A stretch of DNA of 17,588 nucleotides, taken from positions 1-17,588 of the forward strand of contig JARRQT010000134.1 of NCBI GenBank assembly GCA_037381445.1, given 5' to 3'. Of this stretch, positions 1 through 6,825 are shown piece by piece. Each line of letters opens with the position of its first letter. Position 1 is the stretch's first letter. The position numbers and the translations under genes were made by a program. The DNA comes from Calditrichia bacterium (GTDB taxonomy: Bacteria; Calditrichota; Calditrichia; RBG-13-44-9). The notes beneath the pieces were generated by a model that ran no database searches, was not told the origin of the DNA, and saw only the letters and a program-made list of their open reading frames with translations.

Positions 1-15
1 AAATTATAATTAATA

Positions 16-45
16 AAAAAGGGCTTATGCAAATAAGCCCTTTTT
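16..45. terminator. Intrinsic terminator (bidirectional) downstream of the cytochrome c gene
   Basis: Inverted repeat AAAAAGGGCTTAT-gcaa-ATAAGCCCTTTTT with A/T runs on both sides, about 20 nt past the stop at 65. Confidence 0.85.
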
Positions 46-64
46 AATCAAAAAAAGATGATAA

Positions 65-619
65 CTATTCTTTAGGAATCGGATGGGCGATTACTTTCGC
101 AGCGGCAGCGAAATCGAATTCCTTGAATGTGGGCGACTCTTCATTGTGGCAACCTACACATACTTCCTTGGTCGGCTTAACTAAACCATACTTGGCACCA
201 TCTACTTTTCCTGCGTAAATTTCTTTCATAATCTTCATGGACTTATATTCACTTCCTGGTCCGTGGCAAGCTTCACATTCCACGCCTTCTTCAATGGAAA
301 AGCTGGCCTCAAATATCTTTGCGGGTTTGCCAAAACCTGTCACATGGCATTTCAGGCATTTATCGCTTTTTTGCGGATCATCGATTCCCATCTTCTTTCC
401 AATCGTTTTAGCTTCGTCGGAAGCGAGTGTGGCATATGCCTGAGCATGCTTTGATTTCTCCCAAATGGGATATGCTTCGCCGCTTTTCTTCGAGCTGTGG
501 CACATTTTGCATTTTTTTGCTCCCACATACTTGAACTCCTGCTCTTGGGAAAATGCGTTCAAGGAGAACATCAAAAGCACCGTCGCAATCAGCCCAAAGG
601 CCATTAACTTTTTCGTCAT
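65..619 (-). CDS. Secreted tetraheme c-type cytochrome, cytochrome c554-like family
   Basis: Four CxxCH motifs (CKMCH, CLKCH, CEACH, CVGCH); c554-type YVG..C..CH, W..S.HA.A and GV.CE.CHGPG segments; Sec-type signal peptide (MTKK + hydrophobic core + AFS); strong SD AGAGGAGGTG at 624-633. Confidence 0.9.
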   Translation of the reverse strand: MTKKLMAFGLIATVLLMFSLNAFSQEQEFKYVGAKKCKMCHSSKKSGEAYPIWEKSKHAQAYATLASDEAKTIGKKMGIDDPQKSDKCLKCHVTGFGKPAKIFEASFSIEEGVECEACHGPGSEYKSMKIMKEIYAGKVDGAKYGLVKPTKEVCVGCHNEESPTFKEFDFAAAAKVIAHPIPKE

Positions 620-655
620 TTCACACCTCCTCTGGTTAAATTAATTATTGTGTAG

Positions 656-684
656 ATTTTATGACAATCATATGAAAAATGCAA
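656..684 (-). promoter_or_regulatory. Sigma70-type promoter for the cytochrome gene
   Basis: Minus strand TTGCAT (684-679) - 17 nt - TAAAAT (661-656), upstream of the SD and ATG at 619. Confidence 0.6.
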
Positions 685-788
685 GTTATTTCTGTTTCGA
701 TCATGTACTCTAACCCATTCTATGTGATTTTTGTTTCAAAAGACGGTCTTCCCAATCATCCTTTATTTGTGACGGACGGCCTATTCGT

Positions 789-1106
789 CTATAATTCATT
801 TTGGGCTTTCTTTAGGTCAGTCGTAAGGCGGAGATAATCCTTGAATAGCAGTCTGATGCTATCAAGAAATTGAGGATCAAGTTCGGGATTGATCCTGTAA
901 TAAACCCATTTATCACGTCTGGTGAAAATGAGCCAATCGGCGTGGCGGAGCAAAGCCAGATGGCGGGAGATCTTGCTCTGCGGAATTTCTAGTATCCGGG
1001 AGAGGTCATTTACATTAAGCGACGGATAATGCAGAAGCAAATTGATAATACGCTGACGGGTTTCATCACCCAGCGCTTTAAAAAAATCGGTCAATTCCGT
1101 ATTCAT
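789..1106 (-). CDS. ArsR/SmtB-family winged-helix transcriptional regulator (105 aa, no Cys)
   Basis: FKALGDETRQRII...LNVNDL...QSKISRHLALLR...RRDKWVYY is the ArsR HTH signature. Start moved from 1208 to ATG 1106 because the extra N-terminal part reads as AT-rich intergenic DNA. Confidence 0.88.
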   Translation of the reverse strand: MNTELTDFFKALGDETRQRIINLLLHYPSLNVNDLSRILEIPQSKISRHLALLRHADWLIFTRRDKWVYYRINPELDPQFLDSIRLLFKDYLRLTTDLKKAQNEL

Positions 1107-1112
1107 ATTATG

Positions 1113-1132
1113 ATATCCGCATATCCATATAT
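1113..1132. promoter_or_regulatory. Candidate ArsR autoregulatory operator
   Basis: Imperfect palindrome ATATCCGCATATCCATATAT (14 of 20 positions symmetric) lying 6 nt upstream of the arsR-like ATG. Confidence 0.4.
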
Positions 1133-1264
1133 TATTGGGAAATATATAATAAATGTTTGAGATTGAAAAGAAAATATTATTCCCGCCCGTTCGCCCGCAT
1201 TGCCTCATATTAAAAAACCCTGGCCACGGATACTCTTCAAAATGTCTTCGATATATGATTAGAT

Positions 1265-1293
1265 TTGGATTGTCTCATAAATTGTGATAAATT
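1265..1293 (+). promoter_or_regulatory. Sigma70-type promoter for the YHS lipoprotein gene
   Basis: TTGGAT (1265-1270) - 17 nt - TAAATT (1288-1293) with an extended -10 TG at 1285-1286. The same two hexamers recur upstream of the GT4 gene. Confidence 0.5.
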
Positions 1294-1319
1294 CTTTCTC
1301 AAAAGAAGAGGAGAAGACT

Positions 1320-1652
1320 ATGAAGTTTTTTGCAACAAGCGTGGTCACACTGATGATCCTTTTATCAATTTCTTTTTCCTGCAGCACCAAGAAACAATCG
1401 GATGCCCAGGCACAGAATGAAATGAAAATGAAGACAGAAAATAAATTGAATATTTCCGCAGATATGCTCGCTACAGCCAAAGATCTATCCTGTGGAATGG
1501 ATCTTACCAAATATGCCATAGCCGATACAGCAGTTTATAAAGGTCAGATCTATGGCTTCTGCAGTACTTACTGCAAAGATAAATTCAAGGAGAATCCGGA
1601 AGCTGCCCTGGCAAAACTGGAGAGCGGCGAGGCTGGAACGACAGAAAATTAA
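1320..1652 (+). CDS. YHS/TRASH-domain lipoprotein, putative metal-binding (110 aa)
   Basis: SD GAGGAG before ATG 1320; lipoprotein signal MKFFATSVVTLMILLSISFSC; YHS motif KDLSCGM...YKGQIYGFCSTYCKDKFKENPE. Confidence 0.85.
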   Translation: MKFFATSVVTLMILLSISFSCSTKKQSDAQAQNEMKMKTENKLNISADMLATAKDLSCGMDLTKYAIADTAVYKGQIYGFCSTYCKDKFKENPEAALAKLESGEAGTTEN

Positions 1653-1654
1653 TG

Positions 1655-1697
1655 AAAAAGCGGATAAAGAAGTGAAATGATTCTTTATCCGCTTTTT
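1655..1697. terminator. Bidirectional intrinsic terminator between convergent genes
   Basis: 17-bp inverted repeat AAAAAGCGGATAAAGAA / TTCTTTATCCGCTTTTT with a 9-nt loop. Confidence 0.9.
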
Positions 1698-1737
1698 TTA
1701 TCCTCTCTAATATAACAAATCACGCAAATTCAGAAAT

Positions 1738-2262
1738 CTAATATTTCTGCATGTGAACTTTGCTTTTTCTCTCCGCTGCACCTATCATGGTCGTCAAACC
1801 CCAGAGAATCAGCAAAACAGGCCAGTAGGTATCGAAATTATGCTGCAAAAACTCGGGCGGCAATTCTCCAAATGACTCTAACAGGAATAAAATCCCGACC
1901 AGCGTAATTAGATTCCCATAAAGCAGGTAGCTCCACTTTCTCTCTTTGAATGCGAATAAACTATAAAATGGCACTCCCAGAGCGATTGTAAATAAACTGA
2001 TTGTCAATCCCCTAGACAACTCATAAATATCATACATTGCCAGGCCAAAATAAAGCCCCATAAGGATCAGGAAAGATCCCAAATAAACACCACCCCTGAC
2101 TGGATTTTTTATTCCCCTAAACAGGAAGAATAAGCCCAGCAGGATGAAGCCATAGCTGCGAACATATTGCCATGTAAACACATCAATTCCCTGTTGATAC
2201 AGCAATATCAACAAACCCAGCAATATCAAGGATAATCCCGAAAATTTAGAATGCTTCTCCAT
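1738..2262 (-). CDS. Multi-pass membrane protein with LiaF/LiaI-like (DUF5668-like) TM segments (174 aa)
   Basis: About six hydrophobic helices; GLSLILLGLLILL and YWPVLLILWGL motifs; ATG 2262 with SD GAGGA lies 1 nt after the pspC-domain gene stop, suggesting translational coupling. Confidence 0.7.
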   Translation of the reverse strand: MEKHSKFSGLSLILLGLLILLYQQGIDVFTWQYVRSYGFILLGLFFLFRGIKNPVRGGVYLGSFLILMGLYFGLAMYDIYELSRGLTISLFTIALGVPFYSLFAFKERKWSYLLYGNLITLVGILFLLESFGELPPEFLQHNFDTYWPVLLILWGLTTMIGAAERKSKVHMQKY

Positions 2263-2263
2263 T

Positions 2264-2920
2264 TTATATAGCTTCCTCATTTTGGGATTTTTCAGGAAAT
2301 ACAAAAATCAAAACCACATATACCAGAATCCCAAGGCCCACCGATGCAACTGAACCCAGCACCCAGAGAAGCCGCACGATTGAAGGATCGATATTAAAAT
2401 ATTCCCCGATCCCGCCGCAGACCCCTGCGAGCATTCTGTTTTCCCGGCTGCGGTACAACTTTTTTATATCGGGAAGGTTGAAGCGGTCGGTCTGGCCCTC
2501 TTCAGAGTTTTTGGCATTTTTATTTGATGAAAATATCAGCAGCAGCCCGATGCCAATCAGGAAAAATGCCCAGATAGTTCCCCACGGTATATTCCAGAAT
2601 CTGAAATATTCATAAAAGCCAAATTGCCTGAATAGCAGGGCGACACCCAGAATAATGAAAAGCAGGGCCCAGAGGACAGTCTTATCCTTTTCGCTTCTTT
2701 TTGTTTCAACTTCCTGGGAAGGATTCTCAGGTACAATGATAAGTGAGGCCACATATAAAATCAGGCCCATCCCACCGATAAAGGTAAAGACCACGAATAA
2801 TATCCGGAAAAGATTCGCATCGATGTTGAAATATTCGCCCAAGCCTCCGCAGACGCCGCCGATAAAACGGTCTGCGCGGGACCTGTAAAATTTTTTTACC
2901 TCTTTATTAACTTCATCCAT
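2264..2920 (-). CDS. pspC: PspC-domain envelope-stress membrane protein (PspC - LiaF-like TM - PspC)
   Basis: Two copies of the PspC signature: FYRSRADRFIGGVCGGLGEYFNID and LYRSRENRMLAGVCGGIGEYFNIDP; SD AGGAG before ATG 2920. Confidence 0.88.
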   Translation of the reverse strand: MDEVNKEVKKFYRSRADRFIGGVCGGLGEYFNIDANLFRILFVVFTFIGGMGLILYVASLIIVPENPSQEVETKRSEKDKTVLWALLFIILGVALLFRQFGFYEYFRFWNIPWGTIWAFFLIGIGLLLIFSSNKNAKNSEEGQTDRFNLPDIKKLYRSRENRMLAGVCGGIGEYFNIDPSIVRLLWVLGSVASVGLGILVYVVLIFVFPEKSQNEEAI

Positions 2921-2953
2921 CAATACTCTCCTAACATTTTTATAGTACCCATT

Positions 2954-2979
2954 AACGAATCTAACCTAACAAAGTTACA
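2954..2979 (-). promoter_or_regulatory. ECF-sigma-type promoter for the pspC/liaF-like pair
   Basis: Minus strand TGTAAC (2979-2974) - 16 nt - CGTT (2957-2954), matching the AAC/CGT ECF consensus, inside the 60-nt gap between greA and pspC. Confidence 0.6.
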
Positions 2980-2980
2980 T

Positions 2981-3460
2981 TCAGATAGATAATTTGATAT
3001 CCAATATTTCATACTTCAGCATACCGGCAGGAACCCTGATCTCAACCACATCCCCTTTCTCCCTTCCGAGGAGCGCTTTTCCCACCGGAGAGGTCGTTGA
3101 TATTTTATTCATCTTGAAATCCGATTCTTCTGCGGCCACCAGTGTATACTCAATTTCGGCATTCCTTTTTAAATCCTTCAGTTTTACCTGGGACAGTATG
3201 GTTACTTTGTCCTTGGCCATATCATTTTTATTTAAGATTTTTGCTCTGTGTATGGTCTGCTCCAACTGGGTGATTTTGGCTTCAAGAAGCGTCAGCGCCT
3301 CTTTAGCAGCGTGATATTCTGCATTTTCCTTCAGATCACCAAAATCCCTCGCTTCCGATATCTTCTGAGAGAGTTCCGGTCGCTTTACCTGTTTTAACTC
3401 ATCCAATTCCTTCTTAAGATTCTCGTATCCCTCCTTGGAAAGATAGACATAATCTGACAT
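2981..3460 (-). CDS. greA: Transcription elongation factor GreA
   Basis: ARDFGDLKENAEYHAAKE with the conserved acidic pair; C-terminal KISTTSPVGKALLG...VPAG; SD GAGGAG. Confidence 0.97.
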   Translation of the reverse strand: MSDYVYLSKEGYENLKKELDELKQVKRPELSQKISEARDFGDLKENAEYHAAKEALTLLEAKITQLEQTIHRAKILNKNDMAKDKVTILSQVKLKDLKRNAEIEYTLVAAEESDFKMNKISTTSPVGKALLGREKGDVVEIRVPAGMLKYEILDIKLSI

Positions 3461-3489
3461 TCTCTCATTCTCCTCTTATTTATTTATCT

Positions 3490-5709
3490 TTATGCTATAT
3501 TTCGTTTTGCAAATCCTTCCACACGCTCCACGCTCAGCATACCCTTTATTTTATTGATGGCGTTGATAATCCGGGTAAGGTGCGGCAGATTTTTTACCTC
3601 TACTATCAGTTTCCCCATAACCAGTTTGTCTTTTGTTTTCAAATCGACATGAATGATATTGGTATTCTGGGCGGAAATGGCCTGTGTGATATCCCGGAGA
3701 AGATTTTTGCGGTCTTCCCCCAGAAGTGACAATTGTACCTTAAAGCGCTCCTCCACTTCCACCGTCCAATTTACCGCAATGGTCCGGTCGCTTTTCTCGA
3801 TGAGGCGCTGGATATTGGGACAATTTGTGCGGTGGATGGTCACGCCTTTCCCCCGCGTAACATACCCGATAATTTCATCGCCCGGCACCGGCTGGCAGCA
3901 TTTTCCAATGTGAACCACAACGTTATCTATTCCCTCGACCTGGACCGCGGAATGCTTCTTTCCGCGGCGGAGGATTTTATCGATAATTGTATCTTTGGGC
4001 TCTTTTATCTGCTCATCGGAGAGAACAGAGAATATTTTTTCAACCGATATCTCTCCCCTGCCGATGGCCGCCTTCAAATTTTGGGGATCTTCAAAATGCA
4101 GTTTCTGGACGAGTTCGGTAATTTTTTCATCCGTTAATTTCAGATGATATCTCCGGAAATATTTTGTTATAATTTCCTCGCCCAGCTTTACGCTGTACTC
4201 GAACTGGATCTCCCGTAGATATTTGCGAACATGATGCCGCCCCTTGCTGGTTTTGACAAACGTCAGCCAGTCCTGACTGGGATGCTGATTCTGGCTGGTT
4301 ATAATTTCAACCTGATCTCCGCTGTGTAATTCAGCTTTCAACGGCACTATTCTTCCGTTCACTTTGGCCCCAATGCAGTGCATACCCACATTGGTATGAA
4401 CCGCAAAGGCAAAATCCACGGCCGTTGCCCCTTTGGGCAGATTGATCACATCACCTTTGGGGGTGAAAACAAACACTTCATCCTGGTACAGGTTGATTTT
4501 GAGGCTGTCCAGAAAATCCTTGGCATCAACAGTCTCACCTTCATCATATTGTTCAAGAAGCTGCCGCACCCACACCAGTTTGGAATCAATATCATCCTTC
4601 GATTCGATAGCCTTGCCCTCTTTGTAGCGCCAATGAGCGGCAATACCCATCTCTGCAATCCTGTGCATGTCCCAGGTGCGGATCTGGACCTCAATCATTC
4701 TCCCGGAATGATCCACCACGGTTGTATGCAGGGACTGATACCCGTTGAATTTAGGCATTGCAATATAGTCTTTAAATCGTTCATAAACCGGAATAAAGAG
4801 ATTGTGGATAATCCCCAGAACATAATAACACTCCGCTACTTCATTCACGATAATCCGGATGGCGAATAGGTCATAAATCTCTTCCAGCGGTTTATTCCGC
4901 ACTTTCATCTTCTTGTAAATGCTGTATAAATGTTTCGGGCGGCCATAAACCTCGGACTGAATGTTGTGCTCAGTCAATTCTGTTTTGATCGGCTCAATAA
5001 TTTTTTGGATATATTTTTCGCGTTCCTCTTTTTTCTCATTCAGTCTGCGCGCAAGATCCGTATAGGCTTTATTATCTGTAAACTTAAAGGACAAATCCTC
5101 CAGTTCACTTTTCAACTGTGCCATACCAAAGCGATGTGCCAGCGGCGCGTACACGTCTCTGGTCTCCAGGGCAATCCGCATTCTTTTGCGGGCCGCCACG
5201 TGCTGCAGGGTTCTCATATTATGCAGGCGGTCCGCGAATTTGATGATGATGACCCGAATGTCCCTCGCCATCGACAGCAGCATCTTGCGGAAAGTTTCCG
5301 CCTGGCGCAGCTCAATGCTCAGGGATTTGCGCCCGCTGATTTCACTGATCTTGGTAACGCCATTGACCAGATTGGTAATGTCCCGACCGAACATTTCCTT
5401 GAGATCATCCAGCGTAAAACCGGTATCTTCAACGACATCGTGCAGCAATCCGGCGACGATGGTCGTGCTATCCATGCGGAATTTTGCCAGGATTTTAGCT
5501 ACATTCAGACAATGCTCAAAATATGGTTCACCGGAATACCTGAACTGATCCCGGTGGGCCCAGATTCCGAAATGAAAGGCCTTCATTAGCAGATCCCTGT
5601 TGCATCCCGGATTATAACTGCATACCTCAGTCACCAACTCAAGAAAAGGTTTTTGATACTTTTCAATGAGCTCCTGATATTTCTTATCGTTTTCGTCAAT
5701 TTTGAACAT
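3490..5709 (-). CDS. rel: Bifunctional (p)ppGpp synthetase/hydrolase, long RSH
   Basis: HD hydrolase motifs (SGEPYFEH, LLHDVVED, KFADRLHNMRTL); synthetase motifs (GRPKHLYSIY, RFKDYIA, YQSLHT, EVQIRT); TGS (VFVFTPKG, DFAFAVHT); CCQPVPGD zinc finger; C-terminal ACT domain. Confidence 0.97.
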   Translation of the reverse strand: MFKIDENDKKYQELIEKYQKPFLELVTEVCSYNPGCNRDLLMKAFHFGIWAHRDQFRYSGEPYFEHCLNVAKILAKFRMDSTTIVAGLLHDVVEDTGFTLDDLKEMFGRDITNLVNGVTKISEISGRKSLSIELRQAETFRKMLLSMARDIRVIIIKFADRLHNMRTLQHVAARKRMRIALETRDVYAPLAHRFGMAQLKSELEDLSFKFTDNKAYTDLARRLNEKKEEREKYIQKIIEPIKTELTEHNIQSEVYGRPKHLYSIYKKMKVRNKPLEEIYDLFAIRIIVNEVAECYYVLGIIHNLFIPVYERFKDYIAMPKFNGYQSLHTTVVDHSGRMIEVQIRTWDMHRIAEMGIAAHWRYKEGKAIESKDDIDSKLVWVRQLLEQYDEGETVDAKDFLDSLKINLYQDEVFVFTPKGDVINLPKGATAVDFAFAVHTNVGMHCIGAKVNGRIVPLKAELHSGDQVEIITSQNQHPSQDWLTFVKTSKGRHHVRKYLREIQFEYSVKLGEEIITKYFRRYHLKLTDEKITELVQKLHFEDPQNLKAAIGRGEISVEKIFSVLSDEQIKEPKDTIIDKILRRGKKHSAVQVEGIDNVVVHIGKCCQPVPGDEIIGYVTRGKGVTIHRTNCPNIQRLIEKSDRTIAVNWTVEVEERFKVQLSLLGEDRKNLLRDITQAISAQNTNIIHVDLKTKDKLVMGKLIVEVKNLPHLTRIINAINKIKGMLSVERVEGFAKRNIA

Positions 5710-5776
5710 AGGAAAATCTTTTTAAAGTACAATACTTTAAATATCGCATCTCTGATTATTGTGTCGCTTTTAAATA

Positions 5777-6031
5777 CTAATTTCGAGAGACTTTCAGAAC
5801 ACCACGTTCATTTAGCACACGCAGCATACGAGGTTTGTAGATAAGATCAAAAACATCTCCCTTATCCGGAAACATTGAAAGTGCAAAGATGCGGGCATTT
5901 TGAATATAGCTAATCCCCTCTTCGAGTGTCAGGTCAGCGGTCTGATATAGTAACTGTACCGTAAGATCAATCATCAATTGCAGACGCCGTAATTTTTTGT
6001 TTTCTTCCTGTATATATTTTCTTTCGATCAT
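5777..6031 (-). CDS. Small helical hypothetical protein (84 aa)
   Basis: Uninterrupted ORF in AT-rich DNA, co-directional with rel, with amphipathic helical character. The EE.KKLRRLQ...LT.EE....FP.K...FDLIY.PR..R pattern resembles an uncharacterised family I recall from other bacteria (unverified). Confidence 0.75.
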   Translation of the reverse strand: MIERKYIQEENKKLRRLQLMIDLTVQLLYQTADLTLEEGISYIQNARIFALSMFPDKGDVFDLIYKPRMLRVLNERGVLKVSRN

Positions 6032-6215
6032 AACTATCTAATTTTTGATTTTCTTTCTCTTACTATCCAAGATGGCCCGGAGTTCTGATAAATTAAATTT
6101 TGCTCCAGGGCCCTCCTCTTCGTTTTAATTGTTCATCCTTTCTATCTCATTTTAAACGAATCCGGGTTCCTTCACCAAATGCTTAAAATATTTGCTTCCT
6201 GTTTCTCATTAATTC

Positions 6216-6244
6216 TTGTATCTCCTGAATAAATCCTCTATATT
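6216..6244 (+). promoter_or_regulatory. Sigma70-type promoter for the FKBP gene
   Basis: TTGTAT (6216-6221) - 17 nt - TATATT (6239-6244); SD AAAGGA before ATG 6274. Confidence 0.55.
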
Positions 6245-6273
6245 TTTCCGAATCTAAAAAAGAAAGGAATAAA

Positions 6274-6723
6274 ATGCGGGCTGGATTCTTGGTCATTTTG
6301 CTTCTGGCACTGGTATTCGGTTGTTCGAAGAGCAGCAAGGAAACGGTAAATCTGGATAAACCGGCTCAGATACCTGCCAGTCAATATGTAACAACTCCTG
6401 ACGGATTGAAATACGCGGATATTAAGGTTGGCACCGGAAAGGAGGCCAAAAACGGGGACGTGGTGGTGGTTGATTATACCGGATGGCTGACCAATGGAAG
6501 CCGTTTCGACAGCTCCATCCCCAGAAATAAGCCGTTTGAATTCCAGTTGGGAATGGGCCAGGTTATACCCGGCTGGGAAGAAGGCGTTGCGGGGATGAAA
6601 GTCGGCGGTATCAGACAGTTAATCATCCCGCCCGATTTGGCCTATGGGGAACGGGGAGCAGGCAATGTCATTCCGCCGAATTCCACCCTGATATTCGAGG
6701 TGAAGCTCCTGAAAGTAAAATAG
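6274..6723 (+). CDS. FKBP-type peptidyl-prolyl cis-trans isomerase, lipoprotein
   Basis: Lipobox LVFGC; FKBP motifs [53 protein letters not shown]. Confidence 0.95.
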   Translation: MRAGFLVILLLALVFGCSKSSKETVNLDKPAQIPASQYVTTPDGLKYADIKVGTGKEAKNGDVVVVDYTGWLTNGSRFDSSIPRNKPFEFQLGMGQVIPGWEEGVAGMKVGGIRQLIIPPDLAYGERGAGNVIPPNSTLIFEVKLLKVK

Positions 6724-6743
6724 TACCATTTTTACATTAATTG

Positions 6744-6778
6744 AAAAAGTCCGGGATTTATCAAACCGGACTTTTTTT
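6744..6778. terminator. Bidirectional intrinsic terminator between FKBP and mrfB
   Basis: AAAAAGTCCGG (6744-6754) / CCGGACTTTTT (6766-6776) followed by further T residues. Confidence 0.85.
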
Positions 6779-6825
6779 GTTGCGACCCAATTAAAGTGTC
6801 AAACTCAACGAATCCATGCATCTGG

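Noticed and set aside
1107..1208. N-terminal extension of the ArsR ORF containing two Cys
   Set aside because: Low-complexity AT-rich intergenic sequence containing the operator-like dyad; the ArsR fold starts at MNTEL. If translated it would weaken the Cys-free claim.
3653..5589. Long plus-strand ORFs inside rel (for example 4930..5589, 219 aa; 4378..4869, 163 aa)
   Set aside because: Antisense shadow frames of a conserved gene with no recognisable motifs or SD.
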